DNA of 5,007 nucleotides from a virus: IMG/VR virus record IMGVR_UViG_3300045988_006078, positions 1 to 5,007 of that record; one strand, 5' to 3'. Shown piece by piece: positions 4,411 to 5,007 of this stretch (position 1 is its first letter; each line of letters starts with the position of its first letter). The notes under the pieces were generated by a model. It saw only the letters and a program-made list of their open reading frames with translations, ran no database searches and was not told where the DNA came from. The position numbers and the translations under genes were made by a program.

Positions 4411-4842
4411 ATGAAGTTCAAAATTAATCACACAAATGCTACTGCCGAAGGCATTGTCTTTACTGAACCGTCGATGACTCAACAGCACTTTAAAGATGAG
4501 ACTATGATCGACAATATTCTTCAGAAGTATGCTGAGACAGGCTTTTTGACTGATCCTTTTTCTCCGAAGCGCCCAATTCAGTTCGGTGACTTTTCTGACG
4601 TCACAGATTTTCAGACTGCGCAGAATGCTGTTGCTCGTGCAACTGAATACTTTGAAAGCCTTCCGTCTCATGTTCGCTCGTCTTTCAATAATTCTCCATC
4701 TGAGTTTCTTCAGGCGCTCAATGACCCTGAGCAGAGGAGTAAGCTTGAAGATCTTGGCTTTGTTGCTCCTGAAGAGCCTAAAGCTCCTGAGCCGACTCCA
4801 TCTGCCGATCCTAAACCGTCTGTTTCTGACAACAACGGGTAA
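4411..4842 (+). CDS. VP3: Internal scaffolding protein VP3
   Basis: The block FTEPSMTQQHFKDETMIDNILQKYAETG matches the conserved N-terminal region of gokushovirus/Chlamydia-phage VP3 (Pfam Chlamy_scaf expected). The C-terminal tail is acidic and Pro-rich. I chose ATG 4411 because GGAG at 4402-4405 lies 5 nt upstream. The track start at 4375 is a TTG inside the terminator stem. Confidence 0.85.
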   Translation: MKFKINHTNATAEGIVFTEPSMTQQHFKDETMIDNILQKYAETGFLTDPFSPKRPIQFGDFSDVTDFQTAQNAVARATEYFESLPSHVRSSFNNSPSEFLQALNDPEQRSKLEDLGFVAPEEPKAPEPTPSADPKPSVSDNNG

Positions 4843-4859
4843 TTACTAATAACTCATAT

Positions 4860-4892
4860 AAGGGATGGTTTTCATCCCTTTAAGATCCCTTT
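4860..4892 (+). other. 8-bp hairpin plus an extra direct copy of its 3' arm (alternative pairing possible)
   Basis: 4860-4867 aagggatg pairs with 4873-4880 catccctt across a 5-nt loop. The motif atcccttt occurs twice, at 4874-4881 and 4885-4892, so the 5' arm could pair with either copy. Confidence 0.5.
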
Positions 4893-4921
4893 GATCGCCC
4901 GCTTGCGGCGATCTTTTTTTT
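4893..4921 (+). terminator. Rho-independent terminator after VP3 (spans the circle junction; its T-run is also window bases 2-9)
   Basis: The GC-rich stem 4893-4899 gatcgcc pairs with 4907-4913 ggcgatc across a 7-nt loop. Eight T's follow at 4914-4921, at the end of the last gene. Confidence 0.7.
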
Positions 4922-5007
4922 CAGATATCTCAACGATTTGCGCACGGGTACACACCGGAACCAGTTACTTACTTGATGTAACTGGTTCCGGTGACACCCC
5001 GATGCAC
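4913..5007. repeat. Terminal direct repeat, copy 2 (circular-genome overlap)
   Basis: This is identical to 1-95. The repeat runs to the end of the window, so 95 nt is the observable length. Confidence 0.97.

Larger units (their letters stand above)
1..4912 (+). other. Complete circular ssDNA Microviridae genome (gokushovirus-like), unit length 4912 nt
   Basis: An exact 95-nt terminal redundancy closes the circle. The gene set VP1-VP2-VP8-VP4-VP5-VP3 is all on one strand. The size of about 4.9 kb and the T-rich coding strand are typical of Gokushovirinae. Confidence 0.9.

Noticed and set aside
323-4671. All eight minus-strand ORFs in the track (323-838, 1199-1414, 1442-1813, 2061-2249, 3154-3339, 3638-3967, 4036-4350, 4396-4671)
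   Set aside because: Each lies antisense to a well-supported + strand gene. Their translations are low-complexity and Arg/Lys/Ile/Asn/Ser-rich, as expected when reading the complement of a T-rich coding strand. Microviridae encode all known genes on one strand. I saw no RBS support.
4586-4849. 87-aa +1-frame ORF inside VP3
   Set aside because: It has a GTG start without an RBS. Its Leu/Arg-rich translation is typical of the +1 frame of T3-rich genes. There is no independent support.
1-5007. Prophage / integration signals (XerCD dif-like site as used by enterobacterial gokushovirus prophages, att repeats, integrase)
   Set aside because: I scanned by eye for a GGTGCGCATAA-N6-TTATGTTAAAT-like motif on both strands and found no convincing match. 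The only long repeat is the terminal overlap, which is explained by circularity. No integrase gene is present.

Overview
This window holds one complete circular ssDNA phage genome of the family Microviridae, with gokushovirus-type gene content, plus a short assembly overlap. Bases 1-95 recur exactly at 4913-5007, so the unit circle is 4912 nt. All credible genes lie on the T-rich + strand, in the order VP1, VP2, VP8, VP4, VP5, VP3. They are the major capsid protein VP1 (275-1945), the pilot/minor capsid protein VP2 (2019-2618), and a 40-aa arginine-rich J-like DNA-binding protein VP8 (2721-2843, below the ORF-track size cutoff). The remaining three are the HUH rolling-circle replication initiator VP4 (3128-4045), the small protein VP5 (4042-4332), and the internal scaffold VP3 (4411-4842, using the ATG behind a GGAG RBS). 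I see no rRNA, tRNA, CRISPR array, integrase or transposase. Clear Shine-Dalgarno sites (AAGGAG, GGAG, GAGG, AGGA) suggest a host that uses canonical SD initiation. Several things are not explained by the six canonical genes. (1) Two micro-ORFs absent from the ORF track bracket VP2 with almost no non-coding spacing: a 20-aa uncharged hydrophobic peptide (1955-2017) behind the best RBS in the genome, and a 32-aa cationic amphipathic peptide (2615-2713) coupled by ATGA overlap to the VP2 stop. Both are candidates for the lysis or membrane function that has no recognised gene in gokushoviruses. (2) A 76-codon ORF (2919-3149) with genome-typical codon bias fills the supposed VP8-VP4 intergenic region and overlaps the VP4 start. 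(3) A hydrophobic +1-frame ORF lies inside the VP1 variable loop, an architecture like phiX174 E, but it may be a compositional artefact. (4) A perfect 16-bp hairpin in the main non-coding region has a 9-nt loop carrying ACTTGAT, the heptamer spanning the phiX174 gene-A nick site, making it a candidate plus-strand origin. (5) There are three terminator-like hairpins, a 9-bp all-G/C hairpin built from two GCGGCCGC octamers across the VP5 stop, and phased TTGCTT repeats. Family assignments rest on motifs read by eye, not on database searches.
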